64,000 bases of DNA, taken from contig JBPGPT010000023.1 in NCBI GenBank assembly GCA_051047955.1, positions 124,001-188,000 on the forward strand, written 5' to 3'. The DNA is from Cystobasidiomycetes sp. EMM_F5. Lineage: Eukaryota. The notes below the pieces were generated by a model. The model was not told the DNA's origin, searched no databases, and saw only the letters and a program-made list of their open reading frames with translations. The translations under genes and the position numbers were made by a program. This document shows positions 26,241 through 40,545 of this stretch, in pieces. The number at the start of each line of letters is the position of its first letter. Position 1 is the first letter of the stretch.

Positions 26241-29200
26241 ATGACGGACTTCTCCCGGCGAAGAGTCGGTGCACGTCAACTTCAGCACTCGTCACAGCAA
26301 GCTCATCGACAGAGCTCACATGCAACCAGCGACATAGACAGTCGCTCGAGTGATCACACTAAGGCCGCACAAGACTTGGGAAGCATAGCAGAAGATGGCT
26401 CCTTCCATGTCGCCAATGCAGATCCTTCGACTGAGCCGAAGATTGTTCGTACTCCTCCTCGCAGGGCGGCCAAGAACAACTCGGTGCAACATGACAAACT
26501 GTCCTCCAGCACACACAGCGTTGCCAGCAGTGTTGCGAGTCAGGCAGCTTCAGGCACCGCGTCGCTTCGCAGTAGCACGAAACGCAAAGCTTCCAGCGAG
26601 TACGCAGCCGACAATGACCATGAGGCAATGTCGTCTTTGTCTTCGTCAACTCCCTTGACCAGATCAACTAGAAGACGTGGCAACACATCCCAGCCAGGTC
26701 ATGGCCGTGCGCACTCATACTCGACATCGCTGCCGCTCTTGGATCTCTCAAAGTCTCCTCAATCTCCCTTGTCGTCATTCATAGCTTCTCTACCCTCCTC
26801 TGCCATTCCCTCTACCCCATCATCCGCTCAGGCACAGACATCGCCGACTAATACAATATTCAAGTCCAGCACGGACAGCTATCCTGAAGACGCTTTTTCA
26901 CCTCGCTATTCACTGCCAAGCTCAGCCATGATGCCCTCCTTTGATATAGCTCTGGCTTTGTCACCAAGCACATCATCCCTCTTTGCACCGTTGTCAGCTC
27001 AATCAGCAGCGTCCGAAGGAGGCTTTCCTTCTTCAACCTTTCCAACCTATCATGAAGTACCTGTCACCGCTTCAATCACGTCGTCGCCTCATACGGCGCT
27101 GACATCGGAACCATACGGAAATATATGGTACTCCCCCTCGATAAATGATAGGACTATCAACAGCGCTATAGACTTCGGTCATTATATAACGCAAGACTAC
27201 TCTCCTCCTAATGGAGGACCGACGTCCGCGCCGGCTGGGATGGGCTTGCCGTTGGAGTACTTGACCACACCAATCAAACATACCAAATTCCCGAATGTCG
27301 CAAGTCTCAGCACCAGCCGAGATGGTAAAATTGTCGGAGTTGGACCTCAGCGTACTATGCCGATGCCTCCGAGCGATAACATGCTGGCTTTTCAGCAACT
27401 TTCAGCTTCGGATCTGCCTTGCGGGATTACAGCCGGCTTCGATTTCACGCCTCCTGAATTGGCTAGACCATACACGTTGTCGAAGTCGACCTCATCATCC
27501 TTTCTAGCGGCTCAATTGGACGCAGAAACGAATGAACATATAAGTACGCCTAGCACAACACGGCCTGCAGAGACAAGCCATCTGGTGACTCCAGCAACGG
27601 ATCACGCAAACAGCAGCATCGATGAGGAGTTCAATCTATTTGCCTCGCAAGTCCGCAAGGGATTTGCTGCAACAACGCTGAGTGATCCAAACGACTGCCC
27701 GAACATTGACGCTTTCATAACCACTAGCTCGGTAAGTCTGCCGCTTCCGATGGTCATTCCGCTACAAGCTGACGCGATAGCTATTTTCATATGGCATAAG
27801 GGAACGATTCCTCCTCTACCGACGGTAGCCAATTCTGCAGACTTCAAGCCGCTGGTCGGCCTGAATCTTCCTCCCATGCCTGAACCCCTACCGGCAACGA
27901 CAGCAAATGGTCACGTACAAGTGGGCACACTCGCAGATTCCCTAATATGGGCGCCTATTACTCTGCCAGAGGTGACATACCCCACCAATGGTTTGGCCAA
28001 ACAAACATTGCTACTCGGTCCTGACGCCACCGAGCAGTCGGCCAACGCCATGTCCAAATCCAGACCAAACAAGGTCAAAGCTGAGTGTCAACGGCCAAGT
28101 GTCAATCATGGCGTACAGACGCCCGCTAGTCCAAATCGCAGATGATGCGGTGCTGGCCGGTGTTCCACGAGAGTCTACTGATCTCTCTACCGCAGCTGTT
28201 CCTTCTTCCATACCTAAACCAACCTTCTTTCGCCCGTCTGTATTCAGTGACATCAGCGCTGCTACTTCTTCCAGCACTCACGAAACCACTGCGACCGACA
28301 TGGCCCCAACAAGGAATCCTAGACCGCCAAGAGGCCATCACAACAAGAAAAAAACTGACGGGATGCCACCTCGTCCCCCTAATGCTTGGATTCTGTATCG
28401 TTCCGCATGCTGGGATGATCCGGAATTCAGGCTCCATTGCAAGGGTCTGCCGCAGAAGGAAGTGAGCAAGTACATAGCTAGTAAGTCTGAATCAGTCAAG
28501 TTCGTCCATATTGTGTCTGACTCTGAATACGTATTGCCTATCTATACAGCTCTCTGGCGCGAGGAATCGCCAGCAGTCAAGAACAAGTTTGATGATCTTG
28601 CAGATCAAAAAAAGCGTGAACACGAGGAGAAGTATCCAGGTATGATACACGATGGTGATTACACGCCAGTTTAGCTGATGGTTACTGTCGCTGACAGGAT
28701 ATACCTACAAACCGATACGTCCAGCCCTCGCAACAGCTTACGATGTACCAGATGCGCGCCTTGCCGTACAAGCATACGAAGCTTCTACCCCTTCTCGATC
28801 AAAATCGGCTGTTCCCGTCACTCCCGCACCGGTCATGAAGCGTACTCAGACTGCTCCTCTCCCCTCATCCGCTACAGTATCGTCAATTGAACGCAGAAGA
28901 CGCGTGCGGACGGCCGATCCTACAGAAATTATAAACTACAACGGGGATATTCCTGTTCCGGAACCTACTGAGGATGAAGGTTCCGAAGACGATGATGTCG
29001 AATATATCGGCGAGAAGGTAAAGCACCGACCTAGTGCTAGCAGTCGAAAGGCTTTTGCGCAAAATATACGTCAAGCCAGTAGTCCAACGCCAGGAGGCAA
29101 TAATCAGCTCCCACAAGAAGGCAGACAGACTCCAACGCATCTGCAGCTGAAAAGAAGCATGTCAAGTACCGACAACGATAATAGACATGCTCGCTCACAG

Positions 29201-30532
29201 ACAGGACCTGCTCAAAGTGGTAGCAACAACATGGATACTTCGGCGTATCTTACGCCTTCGCGCCCTGCATCCTCCCTTTCGCAGAGCAGTCTTGCATCGG
29301 CATCGAGAAGCGCAGTACCCCGATATCAGCAGGCTACGGCTGCCTCCCGTGCAAGGAGTATGGGCCGCGAGGCTGCGCTGTCAGCGACACCGTCTCACGT
29401 CTCGCTGAACCCCAGTAATATGTCCGGTGCTGCAGGTGCCGATGGGCGACCGCACTTCGCAGCCCATGTAGTGGCGCCAACGCCTATTAGATCATCGTTC
29501 CCCCATCCGCAGAGGCAATATCAAAGTGTGTCTGAGATACTAGCGCGGGCTGCCGACACGCCTAGCCAGCCTAGACGGCAAGCACTCCCAAATCCTATCC
29601 CGCAGGTCGTGGTCCCTGCATACCAATTTCCGCATTCCCCCAATCCGTCTGCTCGTGCACATCCACTCTCAACCCCTGCCAGGAATAATCTACAGCGGTC
29701 CCTCTCGTCTCAACCGCAGTCGAGATTATCTTCCTCCAGAAAGCGGGGACACGCTAGTTATCTGTCTCAGAGCGGTTCTTCCCAAATGCAACGCGGCCAT
29801 TCTTCGCCGGCTCGTACAGCCCAATCTGTCCCTCCTATGCCTGTTGCTACTGCTTCTGTCGCATCGCAAAACGGGGTAGTGATTGGAGGAGTCTTTTACC
29901 CGATTGGCGATAGTAGTCAGCTTGGCCAAGTATTGCTGAACTCGGCGGCTATACGATCGTCTCCAGCTGTACCCGCTAATGCCACAATGGGTAACGAGCA
30001 ATACATTGCGACGGACGGAGGCTTTGGCTCATCAGAACAGTATATCCTGGTGCATGACAATGCTCCGCCTGGTGCACAGCAGGTCTATATGGATACACAA
30101 GTCGCGCTAGATGAGAATGGACAGCTAGTCCACGTCGAACCGTACGATCATGATGGGCTGATGCAGTACTCGACGCACAGTGTGGATGATCTACCTCCTC
30201 TGCTTACGCCCGTGCCGGTGTCGTACGACGGGGTAGTATCGCAAGGTATGACTCATTCGACAAGTCTCGCGAGCAATGTGTCGCATCTGGGCACGCCGGG
30301 CTCATCATACATCGAGGAAACGACGGATGACCATCCGTACATGTACACGCATATCGATGGAGGATTTACCAACTATGGCGCCAAAGGGCAGGACCCGATA
30401 CTGTTCATCAACGACGACTCATCCGCGGGACAGCCTGTATACACGTCAGACATCAACGGCAACCTCTTCTATTCGAGCCCACAACTCACAGTGAACCCTC
30501 TCCAGCTCACTCTATCAAAACAAGCCTTCTGA
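26241..30532 (+). CDS. HMG-box transcription factor (MATA_HMG/SOX-like box) with long disordered flanks; the 5' half may be a separate gene
   Basis: PPRPPNAWILYRS...QKEVSKYIA|LWREESPAVKNKFDDLADQKKREHEEKYPG|YTYKP, continuing into ORF 28835-30532; link to ORF 26241-28145 unresolved. Confidence 0.82.
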
Positions 30533-30695
30533 GATTTCGTTGTTTAGCGTAAAATATGCAAAATCACGGACATTAGTTTTATTCCCGCTCGACTCAATAC
30601 TGTATAAAGCAAAAGAAACGCCTGCTGAGCTTCGCGTAAGGTTCTTGTTGTTTACTTGTACAACATGCCAAAACATCCTTCTCGTTTGTATACTC

Positions 30696-31646
30696 CTACA
30701 ACTCCCGCGTTGGAGGATTTTGTAGTGGTTTCGCGGGTGTCGGTGACGTCGCTTCCGCGTGATGATGAGCTTTTCTACGTTGTCCATGCGCTTCGTTCGT
30801 ACAACCTAGCCAGTTTTCTTCGACGTAATCGAACACTTTGTCCGTCGCCTTTTTCACGCGTAAGTCGGTGCCATTCCAATCAAGATACAAGGATACGTAC
30901 TGTTTCTACGGGATGGTCAAACATGATAGGCAATGCGGGGACGATGGCCAACCCAACCCTGTAGACCATAAGAGGTGGAGACGATTGAGGATGAAAGTGC
31001 TACTAAGCTATGCAATGCTCGAAGACGCACACTGTCGGACCCCAGCCTTTGATCTTCGGGTTTGAGCTCTTGAGGAATATGGGTGCGGAGTACTTTACCG
31101 CTCTATCAAGGCACAAAAACCCAAGTTCAGTCAGGAGAAGCCAAGTATGCCAGGATAACTCACGAATGGATGGTCACTGCAGGTAATATGATTGATGCTA
31201 AACCTTGGAATACGGTCCTCCTCGCTACTCGGAGCCCAATTTCCGTCGCTGCGCCGTCATGATCCAACCCTCCTGCTGCCAGTCTATCCTTTCTGTCCAG
31301 ACTCGCTTTGTAGCCTTCAAAGCCGATATCACCCAACACGTAAAATATAGAGATTCCGTACGCTGTGGTGACTACCCTTCGGTTTATTATAGGTCGAAAC
31401 GCCTCTCCAATCTTTCAGACCAAACTGAACGGTCAGCACAGACAGAGACAAGGCAGGTTCGAGCGCACCCACATCTGATGTGTACGCTAGATATCTCGTC
31501 GCTGGAATGAGAACGGCCCTTGCCCTTCCGAGCAGACCGAGGTATCGCACGCTCGTGTCTGTGCTATCTACCTGCCCTTCTGCTATCTTTTCTGTCGTCT
31601 CCCTTGCCGTTTCGAGCAGGCTGCTGCTGGAGCTCCCTGCGGACAT
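30696..31646 (-). CDS. Mitochondrial fission process protein MTP18/MTFP1
   Basis: RYLAYTSDVGEAFRP, AYGISIFYVLGD, RTVFQGLASIILPAVTIHS, GLAIVPALPIMFDHPVE. Confidence 0.9.
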
Positions 31647-32080
31647 GATGGAAGTAATGCAAGCAGTCGGTGTTGAAAGAATTCAGAGTAGTTGGCTTTG
31701 CACAACGAACGAGCTGTGTACAATACCGTCACTGATCGGCTGCAATGCCGACAGCAACAAGTTGGACATGGCCAGGTTGGCAGTGGACGATATGGACAGT
31801 CAGGATGGATTTCCACAGCGCTCAAGGCAATACAGAGGGATCCCATGGCATCGTTTCATGTACTTAGCATCTCAAGTGCCATTCACGCCAAGCTGTGACG
31901 CCGTCATAGCCCATCGCGACCGGCGTTTGTCGCTGTAGCTGTTGTATTGTATACGGGCGTATTACTGCATTATATGCCTGTCAACCAATGCAGAACAGTC
32001 CAAGTTGTCCGATAACATCATCATTTCAAGTCGTGATTTCTCGCCTTTGCATCCAACAAACCACTTCTGAACTCGCAACC

Positions 32081-33130
32081 ATGGCATCGCGCAAGAAGGT
32101 GCTGCTCAAGGTGAGAACCCTTGCACGGCGTACAAGTACATCCCTCAGGCGGATACAACCCCCAGGTCATCATCCTCGGCGACTCTGGCTGCGGCAAGAC
32201 GTCCCTCATGAACCAGTTTGTAAACAAGCGTTTCTCAAACCAGTACAAGGCGACGGTGCGTGCGAGTGGAGAAATGCAGAGTGAGAGATTGGGCGCTGAA
32301 TTCGTGGTTTGCCGTGTCGCAGATTGGAGCCGACTTTCTCACAAAGGAGGTCATGGTGGATGACCGGCTGGTGACGATGCAGGTGCGGCCATCTCATTGA
32401 CGTCGGTAGCAGATGGCAGACTCATACGGTTCACACTCCTCTGGCGTCTCGGTACGACTGCAGCTGTGGGACACGGCCGGCCAAGAACGCTTCCAGTCGC
32501 TAGGAGTCGCATTCTATCGCGGCGCAGACTGCTGCGTGCTCGTGTATGATGTAAACTCGAGCAAATCCTTCGAGACGTGCGTGTACAACCGTGACGTGTC
32601 GAGTGGAAAATATCGACTGACGTAGCCGTACATCCCTACTCCTGTATCACTGTCCGATCACCATATCGCTTGCCCACATCAGCCTTGACTCGTGGAGGGA
32701 CGAGTTCCTCATCCAAGCATCACCGAGAGATCCAGACAACTTTCCCTTCGTCGTGCTCGGCAACAAGATTGACATGGACGAGAGCAGGAGGATGGTCAGC
32801 CAGAAGCGGGCAATGACGTGGTGTCAGCAGAAGGGCGATATCCCATAGTGGGTAGTTCATCTATTACATCTCCACTGCCCCAGCTGAGGAGGAACGCGCA
32901 ACGACACAGCTTCGAAACATCTGCAAAGGAGGCAATCAATGTCGAACAGGCTTTCCAAGCGGCTTGCAAGGCAGCACTCGCTCAGGAGACTGAAGCTGAT
33001 ATGTGAGTTTGGGGTGTCTCGCTTGCATTATTATCATCGAGCTGATACATTTTCTACCAGCTTCAACGACTATCCCGATCCTATCCGCATCAATGCGACA
33101 AGCGATAACGCATCCGGCTGCTCGTGCTAA
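32081..33130 (+). CDS. YPT7: Rab7 GTPase
   Basis: [62 protein letters not shown], ends CSC*. Confidence 0.97.
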
Positions 33131-34051
33131 GTGTATTCATCTGAATGCATCGTGACAATCGCTGTTCTGGCCGCGACTGTTACGGCCTCATTTATCGACT
33201 AATGCGAGTGTGGGAGAAGACGTGTTTGGTATTTCCGTACGGTATACATGTACAAATTCGACTTATTGTAACACCTTCTTCCTGAATGACCCTTCTGAGC
33301 CATGAAGTTGGCGCGATATCGTCCGGACTGAACTCTTCCGATAAGCGACTACAGTCACTTTTCGCAGACAAACCCCAACGCTAGTTATGGAATGTACGTC
33401 CTTTACCTTATAATGTCTGGAATCTACCACCTTGACGTTCTATCCAACCCCCGCTCTCAGGCTGTCAGTCCAGAGCAGCCGAAAGGACCACGTAGTCATC
33501 AACAAATCTGTGCCGTAGTTGACCGTGGTCAATGACTTTTTCCGGTTGATGCTGCGCTGAGATTCTAGATACGAGATCTAAGATACAACTAGAGTCTAAC
33601 TAACTTACTTATTTAAGCAGGTCAAGAACGTTACCGAAGCCGATGTGGTCCGAACAGATTTTGCTGTATCTACGGCCAACCTTGCTAACCCGTCAAATAA
33701 GCCGCTCACAAAAAGTAACACACCGAGTTTACGATTGAACGATGCTTCTCACTCCGCATGCTCTCCAACCGCCGAGCATTCTCGTCGGAGTTTGCTTCCG
33801 ATGTCATTGCCCAAATAGTATACGCGTCCCTGCCAAATGGACATAAAAGTACAAGCACATCGTAACGGAGTCTTGTCGCACACTACAATCGGATATACGG
33901 AGCGGAAGTCATTCCGTCTCTAACAGAATTTTTTTTCGCATTGCCGTACTCATCTCAAGAAATTTCCGAAAGACGTTACTTGCTTTCCTTTCCTCATCTA
34001 CTTTGATCTGCTCTACACTTTCCTATCTCCGTCACACACCAGTCTTACAAC

Positions 34052-35464
34052 ATGCGCGGCCTTACTATCGTAGCGCTCGCCGTTGGTGCATCGTATGTGG
34101 ATGCTTCTCCCCTCGTCAACAGACAGGCCAGCAGCTCCGCAGTCGCGTCTGCCGTCCCATCTGTAGCTGCCTCCTCCATCGCATCTTCCGCTTCCACTGG
34201 TTCAATCATTGGACAGGTCTCGTCGAGCGTAGCCGTTTCGTCGAGCGCTTCCGTAACCACTGGAGCTCCCATCATCAGCTCCTCGTCGCGGCCCGCAAAC
34301 ATCTCAAGCACCGTAACTTCGGCGCGCAATGCCACCAATATGACTAGCACCATGACTAGCAGTGCCGGTGAGTTGACCTTCCGACTCTTCCTCTCCTTTG
34401 TTTGCCTATTGCGGTCATGAACGACAGCTGTCCGATTTTGCCACCGGGTACCTGAGAATCTTCCGCGACCAGCTGCTGGCGCACAGGTCGATGCGATTTA
34501 GCGAGAACGATGGCTGAAGTTGAATATTTGATTTGCTAGCTACACGAACTGCACCAATTGTTGCGCCAACTAGCGCCCCGCTCTTCACCTGCCCGACTGG
34601 CTTCAACCTCGGATATTTCGAGTAAGGCGGATATACAGTATACACAGTAGCTTGAACAGTTACACTAACATGTATGTTATGTACGTTAGGGATGATGCCA
34701 CTTTCCCAGTCCCATTCATGACTGCTCTCAACTCGTACAACACCATTTCGAACCTGTCTAATTCGAGCTTCCCTCTCAACGCGACTATCGCTACCATGTC
34801 TTTGAATAACACGCGCACTTACGCCATTGCAGGTGTCAATGTCACTGAGAAGCTCGTCAATGTTAATGTCAGCCTTGCATCGCAATATGCCATGTATACG
34901 CTCAACCTCACCAGCGGACCCGTCGCAATCAACAAGACGCTGTTCTCCAACTGGACCACCCAGGTCAACTACTACGGACAGGCTTACACTAAGGACGCTC
35001 AGAATTACGCTACCCTAGTCTACTTTGTCAACTTCTGCTCCAACGAGTAGGTTAAGAGCTGAATGCCGACATACATGCGTGTAGAGACTGACGACGCGTT
35101 ACGGTGCAGTACCGCTGCTGGTGTCGCCATTCAGAACACCTTGGCCGCTACTCGGTTTGCCAGCATTGCTTCCGCATTGGGCGTACAGCCAATCTTGACG
35201 ACCGTCATCACTGCTCGCCCAACTGCTGCTCCTACAGCGACCTCTTCCAGACCAATGAACATCACCTCGATGATGAATAGCACTTCGATGGCATCTAGCT
35301 CTTCCCGACCGGCCAATCTGACCTCGAGCGTCATTTCCACCTCGAGCGTCATCTCCACCTCGAGCCGACCTTCGTCGGCTTCGTCTTCCGCAGTCATCAC
35401 TACCGGATCTACCATCTTTGACAGCTCCGTTCGCTCCGCAGTCGCTTCTGCAACAAGCGCTTGA
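34052..35464 (+). CDS. Secreted Ser/Thr-rich glycoprotein with central globular domain
   Basis: Signal peptide MRGLTIVALAVGASYVDA; S/T-rich arms; many N-x-S/T sequons; exons joined by GT-AG introns. Confidence 0.78.
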
Positions 35465-35914
35465 GTCGCGGGGACAGTAGTACATTTTCGCAAGCAAAAA
35501 GGGGGTTTCTCGTTTTACGCAAAACTGCAGACAAGCAGCATAGTCACATGGAGGCGAGAGTGGGGTTTAGGGCAGAAATATCACAAGAGGGCAAGAATCT
35601 TTCATTTCGTTTCTCGTTTGACGAGCCAATTAATCATTTGGCAAGGTAGCAGCACCAGCAGCAGCATTTGCACCGACTCGTCGTTGTCTTCCATGCATCT
35701 TTAATAACAACAGAGTAATCTACCCTGCCTGCTTTGCGTGTTTGCGTCTTTCTGCCGCCCGAGCTGTACAGGTTGTCCAATTTGTTAGCGTCGCCCCCGG
35801 AGCGGCTGCAGAACTTGAAAGCGAGTCTCTCTGCCAAACTCGCGGGATTTGCCAAAGTACGAAAACGCTGAGCGATACGGCAGCTGCGACAGCTACTCGC
35901 AACCCGGTCACACC

Positions 35915-38900
35915 ATGGTGACCGGGCTCTGGCCTGCATTGGCGGCAGTCCTCCTCGGACGGCGTCACGGCGGGTTCGAGGCCGGGGAGCTGTTTGGAGT
36001 CGCCTGGACCGCCGACGGCTCAGTGAGCGTTGGCATCGAAGCTCTGTACTGGTTTATCGGGCTCCTGTGCTTCGTACTGCTAGGTAGGTTGTCGCTTTCG
36101 CTGTCCGCTTTCGCCTGCTCTGGGCCATTCTTCTCCAACGCTGCGCAAACCGGTCGAGCTGGATTGCAGGAATACATGGCCGGATCCTGCTGGATGAGCG
36201 CGATGACCTACAAGAAGCTTGCAAAAGACAGAGGCACTCTCCAACACGAAATAGCCGGCGAAACGCACTTTACACGTTTCGAAAGAACGACCAATTATAG
36301 ATGACTGTGCAGAGCCAAAGAACCGGAAACGAGTCCGGACTGGCGCGAGGGAATGGCCTACTCTCTACAATCGTCCCCTGCAATGATGGAGAACCTATAC
36401 TGACTCGTTTCTTTCCGTCTCTACATCAACCGCATCAAACGTAAAACTCTGGCTTCGACTCGCGCTTCGTAGCTCATGCGACAAACCCGTCAGACGCATC
36501 TTTCCGGACACACCTTACAGACTTATCGTTTCATCTGCACTTGCGACGCCTTCGCGCAAGCGACCCAGCCTCTTCAAATGCCGTCGAGCAGCCATTCAAT
36601 GCCCCAGGCAGCTTTGTAAACCATGCGCCCAGTACCTCATCTAGTGGGACCAGTACACCTCACGTAGGCAAGGGAAAAAGGGTCTCGGAGGGTTATGTAT
36701 CGGCACAGGAGAATCCAGTCAACCGCTTCGAGAATGGACATTGTACAGTCGACGAAGCTAGCAAACCGCGGCAGACTGGCATTGGCGAAGCAGTATCAGC
36801 ATCATCTCACACTACGCATAACAAGCGGTCGCATGTGCTCAGCTTCAGTAACCGTGTGACAATCAGTCTCAAGACGCCGATGTATCAAAGGACCAACTAT
36901 GGGATTTTTACCATTGTCCACATTCCGCAGACTTCGGCGCAAACAACATCTGCGTCCAATAAACGGAATACTGGAAAGCTCGTACAGTCCTCGACCGGCA
37001 AGAAGATGCGCATGGTCTCCGGCAGCAATCGCAAAATCTCTGGTAATAACTCGGCACGCGACACAGCTGCCCAGACCAGTGCTCACAGCGGCAAGTTCGC
37101 TTCAATCGCTGCAGTAGCTCAGGTTCTGTCAGCCAGGCTCGCGGCAATCAACCCGTGGGCCGAACGTGGTGGCCTCTTTATTGGATTTATGGGATATTGG
37201 TGGACGATCGATGATGGAACGAGCACAAATGGACAGCGAGAAGCAGCGCGCCTCAATAGAGCCGTCATTGGCGTTGGACAACATGACGACGAAGCCGAGG
37301 ATACCGCTACCGCACCGAAAAGTGTACCGGCTAAGCATGCTGTAGCGAGTAAAGCCGATCACGGTCAGTGTGTCCGTGACGGTTTCAGATAGTGGGGCTG
37401 AAGCTCTGTCTTAGCAGCTGTTCAGAGGTTTGATGACAATGTCATCGACAACACCGAATCCACGAATCCCGAGATAAGCGATCACACTGCAAATAATGGC
37501 TCTTCCACCAACCATGTTGCGCCATTCGCGGTGCAACGACAAAAGACGCTACAGCGGATCGCAGCTACTGGGAACGCTGGTAGTGCTGTCCCGACTCCGT
37601 TCCGAGGAGGTCAGCGCCGTTCGTCTCCGACCCCCCGCGCAATCGGACAACCAAAAGATAGGAAACGTGGTCCCGATGCCGCAACATCAGAAACAGCTGC
37701 TGCCGACGACGCTATCGAAAGCAGACAAGAAGCGGTGGCGGTGTCTTCACGGATAGTCAACGGAGCGACAGTCTCTGTCACGGACAGTGGAGATCGCTCC
37801 AGTGAGACTTCTGCATCAAACGCACTAGCTGTCGTCCCGAAAATTGTTGGAGTAAAGAAGGAGGACGAAGACAAGAACAATGTACAGACTGTGTCTTTGA
37901 CGGCCTCTGCACCAGAGGCGGCCATAAATTCCGTCTCTCCTGTTTGCGCCCTCTTGCAGAACCAACTGGACGAACTCCGTGCCGCAAGTTTGGCTACGCA
38001 AACGAAGCTGGAAGCTGAATTGGAAGAAATTCGAGCGAGGAAGCGCGATGAGGATGTTGTGCGAGGCGATTTGAAGACTCGTACGAAATCGCTAGAAGAG
38101 GCTAAGCGTGCCGCCGAACAAGAGCGTTTGGAAGCCGAGAAAAAGCTGATTTCTGCGCGCGTGGTGAAGAAGAGTAGTGAAGATCGTGTATCAAAGGCGA
38201 AGATTGAGCTATCCAAGCTCGAAAAGAAGGAAAAAGAAAGCGATGAACGGATGCGAAAAGGACAAGTAGAGAGAGGAGAGAAGCTGGCCACACTACGCCA
38301 GCAGGTCAAACAGAGAGAAGAGCTGTTGGCAAAGGAAGATGAAGCCACTGAACGCCTCGCGAGCAGGGTAGATGCGCTCGAAGCTGAAATTCAGAGTCGG
38401 CGCGCCGAGCTGCAGACTTTGCGGGAAGAAGCTGGTGCTGCCGCTCGATTACGCTCGAGCACCAATAGAGCCGCAACAGCAGCTGCAGCAGCAGCGGCCG
38501 CCTCTACTCGCTCGCACATCGCGTCTGCTTCTTCGCCGAATCTGTCTGGTATTCTAGACGGATCGCCGAATCCTTATGGCAACGTGGGCTACTACAACAA
38601 TGTCCAGATGCCAGTGCACTCGCATACAGTCCTCCCTTACCCCGAAGATGCAGTACGACCACCCTCGCCAAATCAAGTTCGGACTGACTACGCTACAGCT
38701 GGCCACGGCTCTAGTCAGCCCGCATATGGATCTCTCTTCGACAACATCCAATATGCGGACCATCAGCTGCACCATCGCAGAGCCCTTACCGGAGCCTCGC
38801 TTGCATCGTCGCTGGGCAGTGCAGGCAGCCTGCCTTCTTTAAGCACCACAAGCAGTCTTTCAAGTGGTACTAGACCCTCCATTGTCAGCAATGCCGCTGC

Positions 38901-40545
38901 GACCGCATCCGCTCTGTATAATCGACAATTCGCAACACCTGCTTCATCCGATCTGTTATCGTCAGGCCGAAACAACGTACTCGACGATATCAACAGTCCT
39001 CCGCTCGCATACGAAAGCAGCTTTGCGCCGTTTGGGCCAAGTCCAAGTTCGCCGCCGCCGACTGCGTATACAAACGGAGTCCAGACATCTCCGCCTGTTC
39101 CGCAGGTCTCGCATTTCACAGCGGAAACGTCTACTCATCCTCACTTCAGTCCGGCGGTTGGCAGTCACCCTCATTCTATCGCCTCGCGAGATGTGTTCAA
39201 GACGGGCACAGATGCTGCTCAGCCATATTCTGCTGTTGTGGTGTCCTCGCCTCCTCAGCGGGATGCCCCAGTCACGTATCACTATTCCCCCACCCGGCTC
39301 GACACGAACATCAATCGTAAAGGTTCTTTGAGCACTGGGCAGACACGCACTGATTATACTCTATCGCAAGTCTCTGCTGGAGAGGAATCTCGTCAATCGA
39401 TATCGCCGCAATACGATCCGCCAGCTGGATCAATACACATGCACCGCGGTGCGTCATACGAGTCAAATGGATCAACAGCGACATCGTACGGTGGTCCATT
39501 GAGTCCGATGACTCCGCATCAGGCTTCGTTGATTCCGAGCCATCTCTTTGACTTGCTCGACGAGAGCGAGCTGCCATCCTCTCCAGCTTCACCCACGACA
39601 GCATCTTCAGGCAATGACTATGTTTCAGGGCTTCACCACGTCAACTTTGCTGCTTTCGCCTCCGGAATAGATTCGCTGATTGGGGATGAACCACGCCTCG
39701 TGGCCCCTCATCAGCGATCGAATCAGACCAGGCTTGCTTCTGATGGATCGCCAACATCTCATCAGTCTCGACGCTTCTCCAGTGCCGGGCATGCTGCCTG
39801 GGATTCGGTGGAGAATGCAGAGTCTGGGACGATAGGCGGACTTTCCAGACAGTCTTCACTTGCCCTGAAACGTAAGCGGCTGAGTGGGAGTGCTTCCGCT
39901 GGTACTGGCGTAGTCAATAATGGCGATGCAGCATCCATTTTGGCCAACCACGGGCAAATGATTGCTTCACCGACCACATCATCTTCGTCCGGCTCTGCCT
40001 CTCCTGCGATATTGCACTCGGGATCTGGCTATACTTCTGGAGCGACGCTTGTAAAGACGAATTCTGGTAGCAATCACACCTATTCGCAGCCAGCCAATGC
40101 CTTTCCAAATTATGCAGGAGAATCTACTTTACTGTTTGACAAGGCCCGTGCGGCACTTGCGCTCAACCCTGATGCAAAAGCGTTTCGATTCAATAGACCT
40201 CTCCCGGCCGGGAGCAACGGCTCGAGTGGAAACACAACGTCTCCTCACATGTATGATGGCGCTGCGTTTGGCAGTGATGCCACTCGTCTTGCTTTTGAGA
40301 GTGGTGGCAATGCGAGCGTCACTGCAGCCAAGAGTGCAGCGACAGGCACTGCTACGACGGATCACGTATCGGCATGGGCGTCGCCTTCGCTGACCCACCG
40401 TAGCTCTGCACTCAACTTGGCCGGAGCCAGTCTGGGTGGAGGGGTCAGCAGTGGGACTCGTGTCAACACAGGCAATGGGACGGCGCAGCAGACAAGTGGA
40501 TCGTTTAGTCCGTTCGATGACGACGATCTACTCCGAGGCTGGTAA
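35915..40545 (+). CDS. Large membrane-anchored coiled-coil protein, possibly AcrB-like
   Basis: N-terminal hydrophobic segment ALYWFIGLLCFVLL; exons phase-compatible; long heptad region LEAELEEIRARKRDEDVVRGDLKTRTKSLEEAKRAAE; disordered tail. The AcrB assignment rests on recalled resemblance only. Confidence 0.65.

Noticed and set aside
26241..30532. HMG gene as a mating-type locus
   Set aside because: No pheromone precursor, STE3 receptor or homeodomain genes are recognisable in the window
37611..38348. Long antisense ORFs (also 58657-59313, 62088-62720)
   Set aside because: Shadows of codon-biased sense genes
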